Positions 43,147 to 57,903 of a stretch of 64,000 nucleotides of DNA are shown here, piece by piece (position 1 is the first letter of the stretch; every line of letters begins with the position of its first letter). The notes below the pieces were generated by a model. The model saw only the letters and a list, made by a program, of their open reading frames with translations. It made no database searches and was not told the origin of the DNA. The position numbers and the translations under genes were made by a program. The DNA is taken from assembly GCF_009914755.1 (NCBI RefSeq), contig NC_060936.1, one strand, 5' to 3'. This stretch comes from the human T2T-CHM13v2.0 reference genome, Homo sapiens.

Positions 43147-43218
43147 AGTCATCAATGCTTCCAGGGAATATCCCGATCTACAGCATCTGCTGTAGTCCCT
43201 GCGATTCATAATGATAAA
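43147..43218 (-). pseudogene. GREB1-like remnant exon (may extend to ~43101)
   Basis: ttcag|YHYESQGLQQML*IGIFPGSIDD|gtaagg vs LYHENKKYFGLSEFI. Confidence 0.5.
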
Positions 43219-43548
43219 CTGAAATGTCCAATAAAATGCTAATTTAAGTTTAATGTGGTCTCTTTGAGGAGACAGGAAATATGTATTCCATATTTGAGAA
43301 AGGTTGTAAATAAATGTTCATTCACTTAATGTGAAAAATATTCTATCATAGCAGTGTCAGACTAATAAGGAAATGCTGCAATTTCTGGAGCCACTGAACT
43401 GAAAACAAAGAGCTTCTGTTTTCCCCAGTTGGTAGAAGAAGAGCATCGATGGCCGAGATGAGTGTCCCACATGGCCAGCCTCACTTACACCTTTAAGTAC
43501 AGCATGGGTAACTGTAGGTAGAACAGTTAGAAATTAAACAGGTACAAT

Positions 43549-43926
<378 letters not shown>

Positions 43927-44284
43927 AATTAAACAGTCACAATCAGTGTATCTACCCCAAGTCAGCCCAATTCAGAGAAACAGATGGATTAAATCAGCAA
44001 TATTGTGTCGTGTAGACAAAATAACCATTTCACTATTTTTCTCTCTTTTATGGAGGCATTAAATTTAGACTCAGGTTGACACAGCCTTATTGGGAAAGAT
44101 ATTTGTAGACAGGCTGTAAAGAAAAGATATCTTTCTCTTCCTCTACACAAATCCCATTTAAAAATAGTGATAAAGTGAAGAAGGATTCACATTCCAAAGA
44201 GGTAAGCCCACCCCAAATATGGCAGGTGGTGAATGCACAGACTTCACACAGCAGCCGTGCCTGGGGGTGGTGAGCCCAGCTTAC

Positions 44285-44463
44285 TCAGTGACACTCAGCT
44301 TCTGTTGGTTGGGCTCCGTTCAGACAGTCTTTCAAGATGTGTTTATGTTTTCCTTTGGCATTTTGGGGGCAGAGTAACAGAATCAAGACTGTCCAGGATA
44401 GGGTTTTCCAGATTTATGGTGTACATTCCATTCCATAGGAGCATAAATGTGTTACTATGTATT
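44285..44463 (-). pseudogene. GREB1-like remnant exon
   Basis: ttgag|(R)IHSNTFMLLWNGMY...|gtaagc; phase 2 in, phase 1 out, matching neighbours; weak similarity to LISPYNEIHW. Confidence 0.45.
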
Positions 44464-45696
44464 CTCAAATGCAAATAGCACCAAGAATCCCACCCAGTCT
44501 CCTCCATCCTGTCCTAGTGCCATACAAATTCAGCTTAGGACTCGTACTGAGCACCTACTTCTGTATGAGATGGGGATACAGAGAGGATTTAGATACCACC
44601 TCTGCATCTGTAGGGGAAATAGGAAAAAAATGATTGTACAAAATGCTGCAAAAAAGGTATCCCACTCTCCCCAACCCCCTAAAAAAAAAGAAGAAGAAAG
44701 AAACAGAAAGAAAGGAAAGAAAGAATGGCATTCTGGAAGCCATGGAGTAAGCTGGGGGGAGGTTTCCTAAGAGAAGCATGTCTCCAAGCATGGGTGGGGG
44801 TTTGAAATGCAGAGGTACAGTGAGAGGGCAGGATGGCTCCCAAATGGAAGCAACGAAGGGCAGATGCACCAGAAGACATGGCAGTGGCCCCAGGACAATG
44901 TGGAGCCATCTGCAGGGCCCTGGGAATAAGACATGGCAGTAAGGGGTGAAGGCAAGGCCAGACATGGAGGACTCCTTGAATGCCACCGAGTCAGGCTCAG
45001 ATCTACGTTTCTTCTCACTTTCCCCTCTTCTTCTTACCTCCTACTAGCTAGACCTTTGCGGGAAAAGATAAAGGTGTCTGGGCTTTTTAAAGGCTTACAT
45101 TTTGAAGAAATGTCTGTATTTTTATACAGAAATGATCTTCCCATTTCACTTTAAAAACAAAGACAACAAAAGTCGTGCGAAATATTGCATTTTCTTAAGG
45201 TGGGTAGCTTTCTGCCTTTAAGGAGCATTTGTCTCTCTCATCAGCTCTTGATGGTTCTGAGCTCTAGGAAGAACACAAATGCTTAAATGCAGAGATGTTT
45301 GAGCACTCCCAGCAGAAGTTCCATGTGAAGCAAATGGTTCTACAGTAAACCACAACCATTCCCAACAGCCACAGAGCATCTGTTCCAGGCACTTCTCAAG
45401 CAATAACACAACATGGGGGTTCCAAGGGATACCCTTTGAGAGGTCAACAACCCACGAGACAGGTGGAACTCTCTCTCCCCATCTCTCTCCCTTCCTTGAA
45501 CTCCTATTGCATTTGGGTATGGCCAGTTCTATGGAGTTATGCCTTTAGATCATCATCCATCCATCTGTCCATCCATCCATCCCTTCCTCCCTCAAACATG
45601 TGAAGAAATCCCATGTGAGTCTATTCACATGCCTCCTTGAGAGCAGGGGCCATAACTTAATACACTTAACTTTTCCCCTGCAAAGCCTGCTTGGCA

Positions 45697-45849
45697 CAGT
45701 GCGGTCACATAGTAAATGTGGTCCATGGACCAGCGGCATCAACCTACCCTGGGATCTTGTTGGAAAAGCCGAACCTACCAAATCAGAGTTGGCTTTTACT
45801 AAACTCTCCAGATAACTCATATGCCCATGAAGGCTGGAGATGTGCTGGT
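45697..45849. mobile_element. MER5A-like DNA transposon fragment
   Basis: tgtggtccatggaccagcggcatc...aatcagag...ctccagataactcatatgc. Confidence 0.7.
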
Positions 45850-46799
45850 CTAAATCTTGGTCCACGGAAAGTTCCATACGACCCTGGCTAACAGAGGGGT
45901 GTGGTCTGCATGGTCTGCAGTCACACATGACTGGGCTCAGGCCTGCACTGGAGGCAGACAAGGCAAGGAGGAGCCTGAGTTAAAGGTGGCAGAAAGGAGA
46001 AGTGAGTTTTAAGGAGAGGAATGGATGGAGGACCCTAAAGGAGATGATGGATGCATGACTTTGTAAAGCCTCCTGCGGTCTTTTTTTAAAGCAGGTGGTG
46101 GGTCACTTTTCCTATGTCCCTTTTTTCCAGTAGGAATTGGGCTCAGTGCAAGGAAGAGACTGACCCATGATTAGAACTGGAGCCCTGGATTCCATGGAGA
46201 CAGTGTCAGGGCAGAGCCAGCAGGGGAGCGGAGTCAGCCACCTGAGCCTCCTTCCCGTGGTGGCCCCTTAGCCCTGCCCCCCAGGGACTCCTGACTGATG
46301 AACTCCTCCTAGGTGGGACATACCAAGGAAAGCAAGGAGCTAACTATGATGTCCCTAGGACTAGTAGGGTAGATGCCACCTCAGAGAAAGCCAGGCCCCT
46401 GCAAACCAAGTTTATCCTGCTCCAGTGCGGGGGGCGGGGGGCAGTGGGCCTGCCCTCTAGGAAGTCCCTGAAAAGCCCCAGGGAACATACATGTGGTAAG
46501 TTTCTAGTGAGCTCCTTTGCCAAAAACAACCTTGAGAGGGAGCAGGACAGTGCATGCTGCCCTTCCCCATGAGGGCCCCTCAGCTGTCCCTACACCCAGC
46601 ACCTATCCGGAGGCAGCCAGGGCCCCATTGTGTTCTGCACCGCCCCGATCTCCACTCCAGCCTCCAGGCCAGCTCCTTAGCTGATCACCCACCCACTGCC
46701 CTTGACACTCTCCCTCCCAGAATCCTGGGTGCAAAATCTTGGGGTCCTGCTCGACTGTCTCCCCTTACTCTATCCTCCCTCCTGTCCCATTCCCCCTCT

Positions 46800-47065
46800 C
46801 ATTCCTCGGCCAGCATTTCTTCATCCCCTGTGTTGAGCACAAGCTATGCGCCAGGCACTTGCTAGGTGGTATGGAGGGACAAAAGAAAGCTCTATTAGAC
46901 ATGAATCCTACATGCAAGGAGATGACTACCTCTCGGGGGATACACAAAAAGCCAAACTGTAAGGTAAACAAGTTATAATATATTGTGATGTCATGTGGCA
47001 TTCTATGATGTGCTGTAGCACAATACAATGTCATGGACAGAAGCGCTCTGTTCTGCCCTTTCACT
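46800..47065. mobile_element. L2 LINE 3' fragment
   Basis: gttgagcacaagctatgcgccaggcacttgctaggtg resembles the L2 3' end. Confidence 0.55.
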
Positions 47066-47408
47066 GAAAATAGCTCTTCCTGACACAGGCTTGGGTAGTG
47101 AAAGCAGCTTGGTCACATCTGTCCCATGGTGTAACTAATCTTTAGGATCTGCAGAGACCTGCCTTCCTCTGCAATTGTAACTGTACCTCCAATCGTGAGT
47201 TTCGTCTGGCAGCTTAACTGGGCTACCAGCGAGGTCCTCATAATGGCTTTTGCTCCTTGCCTCGCGGAGACCCGACTCTGGAATCCTTAGCCAGTGGTAT
47301 ATGAGCTTCTTTCTCATGGGGGATAGGAGGAAAGAATCCTGCATGTGCCCCAGTTTCCTCCCATGCAAGCCTGTCAAGAGGCCCATCTTTATCCTAAAAG
47401 TGCCTAGA

Positions 47409-47699
<291 letters not shown>

Positions 47700-47799
47700 G
47701 TGCCTAGAAACTTACCACATTCTTAATGCTTTCCTGGGTAAAAATACAAAGAAGTGAGGGTTGGCTGCCTTTTAATTTCCCCAGATTAGATGCTGCAAC

Positions 47800-47985
47800 T
47801 GCACTTCCTGGCTCCGTCCTCTTGAGCAAGTGAATTCGCTTCTCTGAGCATCAGAGAAGTAATCGGTAAAACAGGGATAATAGTAATTTACTCATGGGCT
47901 TGTTGTGAGCAGTAAATGAAGTAACAAACATAAAGCCTCGGGAGAATGCTTTACACGGGAGGCTTAGAGTAAATGTTTATTATTG
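47800..47985 (+). mobile_element. MIR fragment
   Basis: gagcaagtgaattcgcttctctgagc...gtaaaacagggataatagta...ttgttgtgag. Confidence 0.7.
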
Positions 47986-48771
47986 CAAGTACTACTCTTC
48001 TTGGTCTGCATCTGATTTATTTACCCTTCCTGCACACACCTGCCGTACCACAAATAGACAATATCATTTATCTGTTTTTAATTTGGGTCTCATAAAAATT
48101 TTTGTCTTAAGTTATGTTTGCATGAGTTTGGATTATAGCTGATACGATCTAGGTTGATTGATGAATATCCTGGAATTTAAGGTATAGCGCTGAAAACATC
48201 TTAATTGTTTTAAAATCTGTTAGGAATAAAAACTAGATTAAGAAACTTTCAATATTACCTGGAAAAAAAAAAAACTTGGCACTGGGGATAAGTGGCCCCA
48301 ATTCTTCAGCACAAGTTTTCCCTAAGAAGAACAGGAACTTCTAAATTGATCATAAAGGCTCGGAAGGCTTGGATAGGTATTGGCCTTCTCATTAGTTACC
48401 AGCTTAAACAAAAAGATAAGTATGATATAACTGTGGGAAGATTACTATTTGGGAAAAAACTGTCTGCAAGGCCTTTTAAATTTGGTTTGATAAGAAGCTC
48501 TAAAGGATCTAACTCAAAAAAATAAGAGGGAAAAGCTGGTCCTTCTCATGTCTGGATAGTGCCAATACTATATTTTGTAGTCAGAAACAGTTTAAAGTGA
48601 GTGAAAAAGATACCTGATTGTATATAGGTGTTTCTGTTTCTTTAAATCTTGCTTGGAGTTTTGTAACTTTAATTCTAAATTACCTATCCTGATTCTCCAT
48701 GATCTTTGTACTTAGTTGTATTAATAAAAGTTTCTAGTTTGTAGGGAAGATGTATTTAAATAGAAAAGTGA

Positions 48772-49110
48772 GGCTGGGTGTGGTGGTTCATGCCTGTAAT
48801 CCCAGCACTTTGGGAGGCTGAGGTGGGAGGATCGCTTGAGCCCAGGAGTTCGAGACCAGACTGGGTAATATAGCAAGACCCTAGCTCTACAAAAACATTT
48901 AAAAATTTAGCTGCGTGTGGCATTCATGTCTGTTGCCCTAGATACTGGAGAGGCTGAGGCAGGAGGATCACTTTAGCACGGGAGGTTGAGGCTGCAATGA
49001 GCCATGATTGTACCACTGTACTCCAGCCTAGGTGACAGAGCAAGACCCTGTCTTAGAAAAAAAGAAAGAAATCTTAATTGAAAAAAAAAAAAAAGAAAAA
49101 GAAAAAAGAA
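48772..49110 (+). mobile_element. AluJ with long A-rich tail
   Basis: ggaggatcgcttgagcccaggagttcgag (J-type); TSD agaaaagt. Confidence 0.92.
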
Positions 49111-49444
49111 AAGTACACGTGCCAGGTCATTCAGACTCAGTCCTCAGATAAAACAGAGTTCACCTGTGACAGAGGGTCACAATTGCAGGCAAAGTGCCCA
49201 GGAGTGCTGACTTGGCAAATGCAACCTAACTGCAAACATCACACCATTCTCCTTTTCCACAAGTATTGTAAATATCTTACATGTACTTGTGAACATACTG
49301 AATATATTTTGCTCTTGATGAGGTAATAACTACTGATATTTACTAAATGCGAGCATTTAGGAAATGTTAGATTTCCCCAATATTAATGCCTTTCATCTGT
49401 CCACTTCTGTGTGTTGGTCTTTGGCATTAAAGAGCAGCGAGTAC

Positions 49445-50024
49445 CTTCGTGTAGCACAGATTATGAATGGAGATAACACTCAGTGGTAACACTGGCATGG
49501 TTCTCTAGACTGAGAACTAGTAAGTAATGTGATCAGTACTGGGGTAGAGAAGCAGTAAGAAGATTTTGAGAAATGTCGGCTGAAGTAAGTTCATGCATTT
49601 GTTAAGAGCCAACTGATGACCACGTTGGTGTCTTGGGCTGCATGGCTTGTACATTTCCAGTGTGATGTGTCTGTAGACCTGCAAAAGAAGCTACCGTTCT
49701 CTTCTTTACCAGCTTGGAAATATTTCCTATGATTATAGTGCTTACAGCTTCCCCTTTCTTTCTTTCTTTTTTTTTTTTTTTTTTTTTAAGAGATGTGGTC
49801 TCACTATGTTGTCTAGACTGGCCTCAAACTGCTGGGCTCCTGCGATCCACCTACCTTGGCCTTCCAAAGTGCTGGGATTACAGGCGTGAGCCACCATGCC
49901 CAGCCGCTTCATCTTTCTTTACTCATGGTGAGTTACTCATCAAAGATGTTGCTTTATTGCTGAGATATGTGCAGGGGGTGGTGGGAAGGTTTAGCCTTCC
50001 CCAAAGGAGTATGTAATGTGTATC
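49445..50024 (-). pseudogene. GREB1-like remnant exon interrupted by a FLAM
   Basis: After removing a 159-nt insertion, one frame of 139 codons: [10 protein letters not shown]...[24 protein letters not shown]...LITLLTSSQSRE...VLSPFIICATR vs GVLLELGLKK...KAFLQNSFQNPHTLFVLIHDHAHW...VDRLLNCREVKE...VTSFPYALQT. Confidence 0.68.
49761..49905 (-). mobile_element. FLAM / free left Alu monomer
   Basis: Single monomer with poly-T on +; TSD gcttc.. ctttctt at 49747 and 49906. Confidence 0.88.
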
Positions 50025-50202
50025 CTGTAGTAGGATGTGGTGAGTGTAAGTGAGAAAGTAGGAAAAAAGCAATTTTATTATCATCCTTTCCAGAAAAGAA
50101 CTAAAGAACACCTACCTTGTATATTGTACTAGAGATACATATTTATGTAATATTCTATTTCTATTCGAGTGGCTTACACATTCTTGCAAACCTCATGGAC
50201 AT

Positions 50203-50360
50203 GAAGCAGTGGAAAGAACACTGGTCTGGCAGTCGGGAAACCTAAATTTTATACCTAACCATGTGTCTAACATGTTGTGTGATTTCAATCAAATTGCTTT
50301 ACTCTGTGGGCTTCAGCTGTTTCAGCAGTAAAATGAGGTGGCCACACGTGGCTCTGTGAT
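50203..50360 (+). mobile_element. MIR fragment
   Basis: gcagtggaaagaacactggtctggcagtcgggaaacct...gtaaaatgagg. Confidence 0.7.
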
Positions 50361-51202
50361 GGGTCCAGTTCCAGTTTCTTTTCCACTACCACTTTATCCT
50401 AGCAGAACAATGACTTATCAATTAACTCTGAAAATCAATCGCTGTGAAGCTAAAACAAGAGCACACCTAGCTGAAGGTTTAACTTACCCACCCAGTGTGG
50501 CTAAGGCAGATGGAGCCTCCCTCTGCTTCTGGGACCCAGCACCCCAGTCCCAGCTCTGCCTCCTGTGTCTGTGACAGCTGCCCAAGGAAAGACAGAGCAG
50601 CTATGCAGGAATAGGAAGCAGGCCATCTCAGGAACTTCCCTTTCCCCAAGGCCCAGGAAAAATGCCTAGAGAGAGAACATATCCAGATTTGTCTCCTCTG
50701 AATTGGGCTTGAAAGATGAAGGGTCCCATTAGGTAAACCTGGGCGTCTCAACCCATCTCCCAGGCTAAATGACTAATGATGGGCAGATGCTCTGACAGAG
50801 GAGGCCACCTGGAGCCCTGCCTTTTTTTTTTTTTTTTTCCTTTGGTCCTGAACTATGGGCCAGCCAGGGATAGAGGAAGCATTCCTATTGCAACCTGATC
50901 ATTGACCTCTTCCAAGCTGACATGCCCACTGAACCACTGGATACAACTCCATAAGACTGCTCATTGATGCCCAAGTAGACATTAATCAGTCAGTGTTTAT
51001 ATGGTGATCGTCTTTGGACAAAGGCACAAGTACCCTAACTGAAGCAAGCATTAACTGAGCACCTATTACATTTCTAGTTCACAGACACAATGTGGGGAGT
51101 ATAAGGTACTGTTTCATAGTCCCTGCCACCAAAGTAGCTTCAATCCACATTTCAAGAGATGGCAACTTGAATAGGAGTTGAGAGACAAGGAGATGTTCTA
51201 AG

Positions 51203-51406
51203 ACAGCACTGCCCCAAAGAACTTTCTGTGATGAAGGAGAGTCTCTCTGTGCCATCCAATATGGTAGCTACTAGCCACGTGTGGTGACTGAGCACATAAA
51301 ATGTGGCTAACACAGTGAAGGAACTGAATTTCTAAAGTTTAAGTTGTTTTAAGGTTTAATTAAGCAGCAGCCTGTGTGGCTGTTAGCTACCATGTTAGAC
51401 AATGCA
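51203..51406. mobile_element. MER3-like DNA transposon
   Basis: tccaatatggtagctactagccacgtgtgg...aaatgtggcta...gtggctgttagctaccatgttagacaatgcag. Confidence 0.8.
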
Positions 51407-51886
<480 letters not shown>

Positions 51887-51896
51887 CTGGGTGGGG

Positions 51897-52075
51897 CAGT
51901 AGTTCCCAGTCCTGACTGCATATTGGGATCACTTGGGGAGCTTTTGAAGATCCCAATGTTGTGACTGCACCCCAGAACAATTAAATCAGAATTTTTTTTG
52001 GTGGGGGGACCCTGGTCAGTGTTTTTTAAGCCCCCCATGTGATTCCAATCTGTGCCTAAGGTTGAGAACCGCTGC
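51897..52075. mobile_element. MER5A1/MER5B-like DNA transposon
   Basis: cagtagttcccagtcctgactgcatattgggatcacttggggagc...gttgagaaccgctg. Confidence 0.75.
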
Positions 52076-53969
52076 TCTCAAGCTATGCAGCCAGCCAAGG
52101 GCACACTCAGATGGTAAGTCCATGTGAGGGCCAACAACTCACTTCTTAGCCTCTAAATTCGCTTGTTGGACCCAGCTAACTGGGAAGCCAAAGGGACTTA
52201 TTCATCCTCAGCAAGTGTAAGAATTGGCTGGGGCTTATGTTTGTTTCCAACATCTAAGTGAGATGTTCATCAGGTTTTCACAAAACGTGTCTAAATACCA
52301 CACCACTGAAGGGTACAGAAGCAGCCTGCATGACTGAAGGCTGGGAAGAGTTGATTCACTTCCTCACTCTGGGACCTGGATAACCCTGGCATCCCAGAGC
52401 AGTCCCGATGAAGGGAGCCATTCTTCCTGTCCAGGGTGGAGGCCACTGTTTTTTCCAATGTCACTTGTCTTTAGCTGCCCTCCTGCAGCTCGGCAAGAAT
52501 GCGAGGGGCACTGGGGCCAATGAGAAGAGGTGGGTTTTCCTGAAGAGCGGGATTCTCTCATCCTGTTGATCTGAACAGGACCTCAGAGGCCCCAGCCACT
52601 TTCTAGTGATGAATGACATTTGCAGAGATGAAGCTTCATCTCTGAGCTGGTGAGGATTTGGGAAGAGCATTCTGAAACCAGCCTCTCGGGAAATGGGTTG
52701 CATGAGCAGCCAGGCCGTCCCAAGGGGTGGAGCTGCAGCCCCCATGTGGAACATGGGTTTGAAGTCTCACTGAGAAATGTTATCCTGGACTTGGGTGATG
52801 GGGAGGTGCAAGTCATTCACTCTGGAAATGGGATTCCCTAACTAGATGATTATTAACTAATTTGTCTCAACATGTCCACAGAATGTCCTAAGCTTTGTAT
52901 TCACAGCTGTTCTCATGCATTCATTCCATGCCGGCCTTAGAGGACTCGGTCAAGACAATGGTGCCCTCAGGAAGGTTACGAGAGAGCAAGCTGTGCTGCT
53001 TTGCCCATCTTGGGATGAGGTGAGAGGGCAGCACTGGTTGGGTCCCAGGATACCGGGCAGGGCACCTCTGTTGCTGTCCCTTCCTCCTATGGGGTACCAA
53101 GCTTCTCTCAGATATCCTTAGAAAGCTTTGTTAGCCAGCAGGTCGCTGGGCCATAAGCCACATGTGAATGAGGCTCTCCCTGTCCCCTGACTAGGTCTGA
53201 GCACAGTTCCAGGGGAGAAAGAGGGAGGAGGCGCGGGAGCATTGTCCCCCTCCTGTCGCTGGTAGGTGAGCTTGTGTCCAGTGGAAACAAAGAGAAAGCT
53301 GGCCAAATGTTGTTATCTCCCCCAGCTGCCTGGATTCTATTGCCATCCCTTGTCCCCATGAAGACTCCCTGTCATCTCACCCGCACTATTGTCTGGGCTG
53401 TACAATTAGCACTTTGTTAAATGTTCTCTCATTCTTCAGTGGCACTTCATTACTGAGCCATAAAACAACGGGGCCCAGCAGGTTCCTGGGCAGTCAAATG
53501 GTCCAACCCTCTTGACTTAGAGATGCGGAAAATGAGGCCTTGGGGACAATGCTGTGTCCAGCCATAATGGAGCCCACAGCAAAAGGAAGAATCAGTAATA
53601 TTGATCCTATATTTATTTAAATGTCTGGTATTTTGTTCATTATAGATTTTTGCATTAATTTTTATTTTTAAAATGTTACATTAAAATAGTCTGTATCTTG
53701 ATGACTGAGTATTTTTGGTGCCTCTTAAAGTGTGCACCCTGAGCCTGGCCCTGACAGGGACAATAGGGAGTTGCCCAAGGTGACACTAGTTTTGATCAAG
53801 AGGTTAAAAGAGAGCTTGGGTCTTCCAACTTGTCCACTTCCTTCTTCTCTGTCAGCTTCAAGTGCAAAGTCCTGTTTTTCCAAATAAGTAGAGAGCTCCA
53901 GCAGGCAGGGTGGTGAACTTGTGGAATAATAACACTTTCACGTGGTTATTGCCCAGCCAAAGAAGCAAC

Positions 53970-54046
53970 CATTTGAAAATTCAAGAAATTGCAGATTTAT
54001 TCCTTAAATAAGGCACTGTTGTTGAAATAGTATCAAAATATTGATA
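53970..54046 (-). pseudogene. GREB1-like remnant exon, 77 nt
   Basis: ttgcag|(S)INILILFQQQCLI*GINLQFLEFSN(G)|gt vs KVDFLICIPPSEVTYQQTLLHVWHSG; phase 2 in, phase 1 out. Confidence 0.6.
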
Positions 54047-54118
54047 CTGCAATGAGATAAGAGACCTAGGAACACATGCCAGAATGTGGACCGTTGGCCC
54101 AGCCCAATCCTCTCTCAC

Positions 54119-54685
54119 CTGCACTGCTTCAGAAACCCCTTCCTTTCCTTCCAAACCCAGCTGACATCTTTCCAAAGAGTTTTGTGTTTCTGATCGGGCT
54201 TCGCTGCACTTGTGTTTCTCCCACTCATCTGGTTCTCAGGGCATAGAACACAGCCCCAGGTACACAGAGAGTGAACAATCTTCAACAACTGGGCACCAAG
54301 GATCCTGCTCCTTTTTCTTTGTAATAGCTGCATGACATGGTCTTCTCCTGTATCGATGTACAAGTTGCCTATTGATAGACTTTCAGTTGCTTCTTTTTGT
54401 TCTCTCTCTCTCTTGTTCTCTCTTTTCTTATCTTTTTGGCCCCCTTTTTCTCCAGTGTTCTCCACTGCAGAGTCGTGTAATTCCCTCACAGTTTTCTCAG
54501 AGCGAGTACATATTCCCTGCCCAGCATCAGCGTTGCTTGCCATTCATGTCCTGTATCTATAGGGATGACCATGCCCCCTTGGAGGAAAGGCTTGGAACTT
54601 ACCAACTTATGGAAACTTACGGAAATCATCACTTGGTATTGAGATTTTGCAGGGAACACACTCCTTAAAAATCTCCATGAGTGTG
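54119..54685 (-). pseudogene. GREB1-like remnant exon, 567 nt
   Basis: taacag|TLMEIFKECVPCKISIPSDDFRKF...ILGAQLLKIVHSLC...|gtgaga; one frame with two stops; vs SLGAFFSTLCPEGDIDILLDKF...AVAQKLLSHVCSI. Confidence 0.68.
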
Positions 54686-54937
54686 CTGTTAAGAATCCCA
54701 TAAAGAGGGAGAAAGGTGGGAAGTGAGTGAAGCAAGGCTCAGCCGCCACCACGAACAAAGTGGGGTCCACTTTGCATCTGCTGCAAAGGAAGGAACGGAC
54801 ATTTGGCCTGTCTCCTCTTCCTTTATTGTGTCATGTTCTTTCCTTTACTCTTCTCTTTTTTAAAACAAGAAAATCATAATTTTAATATTATTTTAAAAAT
54901 AGACAATACATTCACACAATTCAAAATTCCAGTAGTT

Positions 54938-55236
54938 GGCCAGACACAGTGGCTCATGCTTGTAATCCCGGCACTTTGGGAGGCTGAGGCAGGAGGGTCG
55001 CTTGAAGCCAGGAGTTCAAGACAAGCCTGGGTAGCATAGTGCAGACCCCATCTCTACAGAAAATTTTTTTAAATTAGCCAAGCGTGGTGACGCACATCTG
55101 TAGTCCCAGCTACTTAGGAGGCTGAGGTGGCAGAATCAATTGAGCCCAGGAGATTGAGGCTGCAGCAAGCTGTGATCACATCCCTGCACTCCAGCCTGGG
55201 CAACAAAGTGAGACCCTGTCAAAAACAAAAAAAAAA
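54938..55236 (+). mobile_element. AluJ
   Basis: Dimeric Alu with J-type diagnostics; TSD aaaattcca. Confidence 0.92.
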
Positions 55237-55479
55237 TTCCAAAGGTACAAAAGGTGACGTCTCCTCCGCTTCCACTCATTCCCCTCCCCATAGAGGACCA
55301 ATATTATTAGTTCTCAGGTCTCCTTCCAGAGAGATTCCAAGCATATGCAAGCAACTGTGTTTAAAAATCATCCCTCACTCCCATCTCAAATGGTAAAAAT
55401 CACCCCTCTCCTCTCTTGGCACAAATGGTAATATACTCCACACACTGGTCTACACAGGACTTTTTCACTTTCTGTGTCC

Positions 55480-56755
<1,276 letters not shown>

Positions 56756-56766
56756 AATTCTACCTT

Positions 56767-57042
<276 letters not shown>

Positions 57043-57227
57043 CTATCCTAACTGGTTGAAATGCCATCCTTGCTCTACTATAAATTCCAGAGTTTCTTTG
57101 TGCCCATCTCAGTACTTCTGTGTCCCCTGCCATGTGTATCCAAGCACCAGCACCACAGTGCCTTTTTTTAGGCTCCATGCAGCTTAACTACAGGTCCCTG
57201 GGTCTGCAGACATGGAGATTTGCTGAC

Positions 57228-57348
57228 CCTGAGGTGGGATGAGGAGGTAGGGGAAATAGCAAAAGAGTTGGATATTAAGATCAGAAAGCTTCTGGGCTCT
57301 CTCCAAAGAACCCCTAGCATCTAAAATGGCTTTGCTCCTATACCTCCT
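57228..57348 (-). pseudogene. GREB1-like remnant exon
   Basis: Poly-T tract then gag|RRYRSKAILDARGSLERAQKLSDLNIQLF vs KYQARILSESLLTPAEYQKEVNYELV. Confidence 0.6.
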
Positions 57349-57856
57349 CTCAAAACAAAAAAAAAAAAAAAAAAAAAAGAGAACAAAGAAGTCTGTTTCC
57401 TTATTCAACAGCTATTTGTCCAGCCTGAAAGAGCCCCTCTAGTCTAACCCTGTGCATGCTGCTGATCCTCTCCCAGAGTGCCTTCCAAGATTATTTCAGG
57501 AGCCTAGGAAGGCCCTAAGTGTGGCTTTGATCGCCATATTGGAAATGCTTCCCTCACTGGCTCCCTGGGCTCCAAGCCCAGTACTTGACAGTTGCCTGTA
57601 AACTGAGCAGGTCTTTATCTTAAAGACATCACAATGGACCCTAAACAAACACATTAACAACCACTCAGAGACCTAACGCTGGCCAATAAACAAACCCCCA
57701 GGAAAGCTTACTCAGAAAAGGTTCCTCCTTCCTGCAGCCCCTGAGGGCAGATCCCGGAGTCCCTCCTTCCTCAGCCTGCAGGCTGCTTTCCAAGGGCTCT
57801 CCAGCCCTCCCGGCAGGAATGTAATCATCTGCCCTGCGTGCCCTGCCTTCTCTCAC

Positions 57857-57903
57857 CTTTACCCACAATAACCCAGCATGGTCACAATGCACTCAGTGCA
57901 TAC
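57857..57903 (-). pseudogene. GREB1-like remnant exon, 47 nt
   Basis: caatag|YALSAL*PCWVIVGK|gtgaga vs RSAAIDSCIAVTGK. Confidence 0.55.

Noticed and set aside
52364-52816. Long - strand frame with a single internal stop, as a further fossil exon
   Set aside because: No GREB1-like peptide, no convincing splice sites, and the flanking exons already join in phase without it.
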